A stretch of 63,949 nucleotides of DNA, counting the filler, from Ionaspis alba (lineage: Eukaryota): the NCBI GenBank assembly GCA_964255285.1. It is 3 parts of 3 records of this genome, joined end to end, with 100 filler letters (N's around TTAATTAATTAA, not from the genome) between each part and the next. Parts side by side here need not be neighbours in the genome. Positions count along the whole stretch, not along the records: positions 45,288 to 63,949 come from CAXUUL010000285.1; 2 more parts are not named here. The stretch is one strand, 5' to 3'. Within the stretch, counting starts at the first letter, position 1; each line of letters starts with the position of its first letter. Shown here in pieces: positions 57,879-63,949 of the stretch. The notes under the pieces are model-generated. The model was not told the DNA's origin. It searched no databases and saw only the letters and a program-made list of their open reading frames with translations. The position numbers and the translations under genes are program-made.

Positions 57879-59988
57879 TCACAAATGCGACTTCCCCTTC
57901 CTTGTCTTCACGCTTCCATTCATCAGGCCCTCCACTTCCTTCTCCACATTCGCCGTCTCCGCATGCGGGTCATACATCCTAGCTCTAATCCACTTCTCCA
58001 ACTCCTCATCCCCCATACCCCGTATTCTCACCTCTCTACCCACACCCGCTTCTTGCGCAGCCCTTATAACACCCATAGTGACCACAACGCTAACGTCACG
58101 NNNNNNNNNNNNNNNNNNNNNNNNNNNNNNNNNNNNNNNNNNNNNNNNNNNNNNNNNNNNNNNNNNNNNNNNNNNNNNNNNNNNNNNNNNNNNNNNNNNN
58201 CCGCTTCTTGCGCAGCCCTTATAACACCCATAGTGACCACAACGCTAACGTCACGGATACGGGCAATATCGGGATAGAGCCAGCCTTGTTCCTTTTCTGT
58301 CTCGTTGAGGGAGGTGCTGAGGGAAGTGGCGGAGGCGTAGATCATGGATTGGGTGATGGTTGTTGCTTTGGAGAGGATGGAGCCGAGGCCGATGCCGGGG
58401 AAGACGTACATATTGTTTCCTGGTCATGTCAGTCAGGTGGGTTTATCAAGGCTTGGTAAGGAGGGGAAGGACAACGTACCTTGTCCTGGAGTCTCTAACT
58501 TCCCGTCGTGCTCTAACGAAGGGAAAGGACTTCCACTGGCGAATAATGCTCTTCCCTCGGTATGTTTCATGGCTTCTTCAAAGGTGCACTCCGAATTGGC
58601 GGATGGATTGGACAACGGGAAAATAATGGGATGTTTGTTCCATTGACCCATCTTGGTAAGGATACTTGAGTCGAATATTCCCCCTATCGTCGACAATCCC
58701 ATTAGAATCGTAGGCTTAACATAGTCCACCACGTCAGAGAGCGTCTTGAACTGTTTGCCATGGTTGTCATCGCGAGAAAAGTAGACCTTGTGATCTGCCA
58801 ATTTATCCCCTCGATCATTGGTGACAAGACCCTTGGTATCGACAAGCGAGAAGCAGCGCCTCGCTTCGTCTTCTGTCAGACCTTCCTGCACGAAGAATTG
58901 CACAATTTGCTTCGCGACACCCACGGCAGCAGATCCAGCTCCCATTAGAACAGCTCTTTGGTCCTTGACAGGTATTCCGGTTCGCTTCACAGCATTGATT
59001 ATTCCCGCCAAGACGACAGCACCAGTACCCTGGATATCGTCGTTGAACATGGTGTATTTCCCAGCATATCTCTCCAACGACGGGAACGGGTTCTTGAAGT
59101 CCTCATATTGAATGACGATGCCTGGCCAGCGCTCAACGAGGGCCTCCATCAATTCATCCAAAAATTCCTTCTCTTCTTGTGCAGTGACCTTCTCCCTCCG
59201 ACTTCCCATATATAGCGGATCTTCTCTCAACGCCTTATTGCTGGTCCCCAGGTCGAGTGTCAAGGGTAGAGTGGCTTCGGGTCGGATCCCTACGGAGTCA
59301 ATTAGCTTTAGGCCGTTGACGTTGTACAACATGACCGACCTCCGCAAGCACTATACAGGGCAAGCTTTCCCACCGGGATTCCCATGCCATTTATGCCCAG
59401 ATCTCCCAACCCCAGGATCCGAGATCCGTCCGTCACCACGGTAATCTCAACATTATTTTGCGGCCAATTTTGCAGGACAGAGGCGATATTCCCTCGATCT
59501 GAGTAGGAAAGGTAGAGACCTTCGGGTTGTAACCAGATCTCGGACCATTTCAAGCACGCTTCTCCTACCACAGGCGTGTATATTAGTGGTGTTAGGTCCT
59601 TCATGTGGTCGACGGCTAATCGGTAGAAGAGGTGGACGTTGGAGTTTCGGAGGCCGCTGAGGTATAGATATTTGTCAATGGAATTTGTCTTCGAGTCCAA
59701 TTGCTTGAGGCATCTTGTAGCTTGGGTCTTGTAGTCCTCAATGGCTGGTGGGATGAGGCCGTATGTTCTCAAGTACCTCCGAATAGGAACAGAATGTGTA
59801 GTGTCATAATCCCCACTATGTGGAGGAGGTTCACGAGTGTGAGACGGATGGTGGACAGTAGTCATTGTAGATTGACTTCTTGCATGTATGAATGGAATTG
59901 TTCCCTGGACAGTTGAGCAACGGGCTTCAGGGCCTTTATATGACAAGAACAAAGATGATGACGATGAGCGAAAAGGTCTGTACAACAT
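57879..59988 (-). CDS. NAD(P)-dependent malic enzyme
   Basis: PLIYTPVVGEAC, VVTDGSRILGLGDLG, IQYEDF, FNDDIQGTG, GAGSAAVG, IIFPLSNP, FASGSPF, GQGNNMYVFPGIGLG; 2 introns; the gap at 58101-58200 is an overlap artefact. Confidence 0.96.
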
Positions 59989-60791
59989 TGGTAGTAGCAG
60001 TGAATTGAGAAAAGAACGGCACGCCTGAACTCCTCCCGCGCTTGCATTTACGAATAAGCAAATATACTACTCCGACGACAACGGTTTCACGGGAATATTT
60101 GTTGAAAAACAACGGAATTGCACACGCTGGCCAATTATTTCACATGCACACGCCTCGACGAAAAGCAATCGGAGGGAAGGATCTGGGCTTTGGCTGGAGG
60201 GAAATTGGAGGCGGAAGCTCTAGTGCCCAATGCGGTAATCAGCAGGTATCAGCTCGCGTGCTCGTCAACGGCTGGTTAGTTGAGGCTGATGTCATCCTTG
60301 CATTATCTCTCATGCTCGCATTGCTCTAGAACGCTGTCAACAAGGTCTTCCTCTCTTACTGAGAGAATGTTGTTCATGCCGTGATGATGTCGTACTCAAT
60401 GGCATGAAGGCCTTCAAGAATTCACGAAAATGCTTCGGTTCATCTCGGTCGAGCCATGCCAGACCCTGGAGCATCGGCTCATCGGCGATATGTTCCGCGC
60501 TAGTCCAGACCCTTAGCAGCTTTCGCCAATGACAGAGCTCCAGATTCTGACGTAATTAATAGAGCGCTGGGGAATATGGAGAAACCTGAACTTTCAACAC
60601 GGCTGTGCTGCATTCATCACTTCGTCATCTTCCTTCTGCACTTGTAGGCAACAGTCTCCTTCGATTCTGCGATCGTTGTTATATTGCTTTGCGATATAGT
60701 CTTGTAATCCTCTGTTATCTTGCACTTCGGAGCTTGTCAAAGCCATTTCTTCTTGCAAGTTCGGTACATTCAATCTGAGACATCTGCCAAA

Positions 60792-63063
60792 ATGTCGTCC
60801 TGCTTTGGCTTCCGGAAGTCCAAGGGAGAAGACACCGAAGCTCTTCTACCCGAGTATCAAGATGACACAGTCTTACAGCGAAAGCTGCATCAAAAGATGC
60901 ATTCATACCAGATGATTAGAGCGCTGTCCCAAGGCTTCATGCCTTCGACTGAGCAGCTCATCATCAATCTACGTACCCTTTTGGCTTCTGATGTTCTCAA
61001 TCCGGATAATCCAGACCTAAGTGATTCTGGTCGTCGGTTGCTCAAGTTTACGAAGCAATGGCTGACGGAGTTCATTGAGACAATAAGGCACAAGAACGAT
61101 GAAGATCAGATTCAGGACTTCATCTGGTTTCTCTCCAAGTCAAAGATTTCACTGGACACCGAAGATCTTGCCAATACTGCATCCAAGGTGAAAGCAAAAG
61201 CTGACACTACAGCTGGTATGCTCGAATTTCCACTGTACTGTGCATTGACTAACTGGACACCCAGCATACGAAAGTCTACGGACTGTCGGCAGCCTACTTC
61301 TTACAAACTCCGACTTTCGAATGTTTCTGGGAGATCTGAATGTTATTGGTCGACAAGTCTTTGCAGACACCGCTTTCTCCTTTTCTGGAGTAGCTGAGGA
61401 GGCAGGAAAGGAGCTACAGCCATCAGAATCGGAGAACAAGATGCTACATGAGCCTGGATCTGAGCCTGGTCCTCCTCCTACCAATGAAGATCTTGAGAGC
61501 GATGTGGTAGACGTCTCCAAAATCGTTGGCAATGGATTGGTGAAAACAAGTAAAGACGCGATGACTAGTCTTAAGGAAAATGTTTCTGGCGATCAGAAGG
61601 ATACGCTTCTGTATCGTTTGAAGCAGGCGGTACTCAAGCTTCGAAAACGGAACGACTATTCAGACTCGGTTTCTACCATCGGACTACTCATCAAGCGGTA
61701 CGCCATGGCATACTCGCGTGCTGCCGATGAGACAATCAGTGCGGCCCAAGATGATGTACAGCGAAACCCTGAAATGGATCGTGCTGTCAAGAATTTCTGG
61801 TCTTTCTTATCCTCATTCGGTGACCACAAAGAGTGGGAAGCACTAGAGGAGAAGTTCACAAAAGTAATGGAGCACTCGCAAAAGGACCCAGACTTCGAGA
61901 GCCTCATGATGGACGTCGGAAACTCCGTCCAAAAGCTCCTCACAGACCCCGACTTCTTCGAATCAGCCGACAAAAAAATCCAAGAACTCCGCGAAAAATC
62001 CAAAGAAGTCGGCTCCGACTCCTCCATCCGCAAAGACATGGACGACCTCCTCGCCCAAGCCCAAACAACCTTCCACTCCACCCTCACCGACCCCGACATC
62101 TCGAAGCTCATCACCACAACCAGCAAAATCCTCAACATCCTCTCCCCCACCAACGCAACCACAAACAAAGACCTAATAACCGACTCCCTGCACGTCTTCC
62201 TCCCCCTCCTAATAAGCACAATCCAATACATCCCCATCCCCCGTTTCGAACTCTCCGTCCCAGAACTGGACCTCCTCCTCGAAAACCTCATCATCGAGCC
62301 CGGCCGCACAATAAACCACACCTCCTTCCTACCCTACAAACTGCGCATCGAAACCTACAACGACCTCGAAATCCGCGCCGCCGCCCAACGAACCGCCACA
62401 ACCACAACCTCCCTCGTAACCATCAAGCTCGACGGGCTCTCCCTGCGCGCCGACGAAATCGGCTTCTGGCTCCGCGCGCACACAGGCCTTCTCCGCCTCG
62501 CAGACGAAGGCATCGCCAGCTTCGAGCTCGACGACCGTGGCATCGACATTGCCTTGGACGTCGAAATCGCCAAAGAGCGGCTGGAGCAGATGTTGACGCT
62601 CAAGGCGGTGAGAGTGCATATCCACCATTTCGCGTACACGTTACGGAAATCCAAACTCTCCTGGCTGGCCTGGCTTTTCAAGCCCCTCCTCCGGCCCATC
62701 ATCCGCAAAGTGCTCGAGAAGCAAGTCGCCACCGCCCTAGCCGACGGCTTCCATGCCATGAACCGCGAGCTTGTATTCGCAAGGGAACGGCTGCGCGCGA
62801 CGAGGATCTCGGATCCGCAGGATTTGAGGAAGTTCGTGAAGGCTATTGTGACGCGGTTGACGCCGGAGGAGGATCCGGATGTGTTTACGGCTGTGGGGGT
62901 CAGACCTACTGGGAAGGTGTTTAAGGGCGTGTACGCGCCGGGGAGTTTGGTTAAGGTATGGGAGATGGTGGGGAGGAGAGCGGGAGAGGTGGTGGAGGAG
63001 GGGGGCTTGGAGGGGTGGCGGAACGAGACCTTTGATGTGCAGGCTAGTATGATGGGGCAGTGA
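60792..63063 (+). CDS. Conserved fungal protein with BPI/TULIP-like C-terminal region (DUF4449/DUF5923-like)
   Basis: LHQKMHSYQMIRAL..GFMPSTEQ, KNDEDQIQDFIW, IQYIPIPRFEL…DLLLENL, LADEGIASF, GVYAPGSLVK; one intron ~61216-61264. Confidence 0.75.
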
Positions 63064-63484
63064 ATGATTGGGGTACAGGGGTTGGGGGAAAATTGATGAA
63101 CGAGGTGCTGGGTATATGGGACAAATTGGTCGGAAGCACATATTTTTTGGGCGTTTGGGAGGGACAAAAGCGGGTTTGGCGTGTTTGGCGGTCGTATATA
63201 CATATGTACATCTAGGAGGAAAGGACGGGAGCATATGGGGTTAAACAGCTATGGACTTCAAGTTGTTGATTAAAGACGAGATGACCGAAAGCTTAAGAGT
63301 GTCTCAATACTCAAACTGTACAGCTCTCGCATATCCCGTACAGGACCAACCAATATGTATACACGCCACGCCATCCAGCGCTAGAATAGGAGTTTTATTT
63401 TCTCATCCATCCACACCATGTCTTCTCTCCTTCCCTCCACCGCCAGCCTCGCGCACACACGATAACCCTCCATTATCTACGCCC

Positions 63485-63949
63485 TCAGTTCTTCTTATCC
63501 TCATAAGCCTCACTGACATTTAACCCCAACCCATTCGCATCCAAATACAACTTATTCCGTCCGCCACCCTCCTGCAAAATGCCCGCAATCTGTCTCGCAT
63601 TCTCGATCCTCCTCAGATCCACATAACTGCGACTCTTCTTGATGGCATCACCAATCAGCTCAGCCGAGCGGGCCTCTCCCTGGGCGCGAACGACGGTGGC
63701 TTGTTTTTCTTGGCGGGCTTTGTCGACGACGAAGGCAGCGCGCTGAGCTTCTTGTTGGGCGACTTGCTTGGCTTCGACTGCGGCGGTGAATTCGGGAGAG
63801 AAGGCGAGATGCTGAATTTCAGATGTCAGCATAGCAACCATATGCAGATGATAAGATTGGCAGGAAGGGAAGGAAGAGACGTACAGTTAAAGACACGTCA
63901 TCAAGCATGATATTGAACCTGGCTGCCCTCCTCGCCAAGTTCTCCCTCA
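63485..63949 (-). CDS. PHB2: Prohibitin-2 (3' part)
   Basis: FNIMLDDVSL|HLAFSPEFTAAVEAKQVAQQEAQRAAFVVDKARQEKQ…RRIENARQIA…NKLYLD. Confidence 0.95.

Noticed and set aside
45288..59988. lah and PTS1-bearing malic enzyme as a peroxisome-related cluster
   Set aside because: Adjacency alone; no hex1 or wsc nearby and no shared regulatory evidence.
61833..63203. 363-aa and 282-aa overlapping ORFs in the BPI-like gene
   Set aside because: By-products of extreme third-position bias; P/R/H-rich nonsense translation.

Overview
Eukaryotic DNA from a filamentous ascomycete (Pezizomycotina). The evidence is short GT-AG introns with CTRAC branch points and a Lah/leashin Woronin-body tether gene. The window is three contigs joined by artificial N-TTAATTAATTAA-N linkers (~22605 and ~45232). 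There are also ~100-N scaffold gaps, several flanked by ~55-bp duplicated overlaps. Contig 1: MKT1-like, 2OG-Fe(II) dioxygenase, samB, G-protein beta, phosducin-like, TAF14, OAC1, RNR2. Contig 2: a gene 3' end, ArsH, an orphan acidic ORF with a long 3' hairpin and 14-bp minisatellite, a PDR ABC transporter, HID1, isochorismatase, POM34, TAF6, CFD1, a small hypothetical gene and a small secreted Cys-rich protein. Contig 3: lah (truncated), malic enzyme, a BPI-like/DUF protein and PHB2 (partial). The most unusual items are (1) a 900-nt G-beta intron whose ends are nested inverted repeats covering the 5' splice site and branch point, which also reads as a canonical intron on the antisense strand; (2) the orphan SWAD-motif locus with a 31-bp hairpin; (3) a malic enzyme with both a mitochondrial-type presequence and a PTS1-like C-terminus; (4) two GC-AG introns; (5) a TGASTCA cluster upstream of the ABC transporter. 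All protein family calls are by recognition, not database search.
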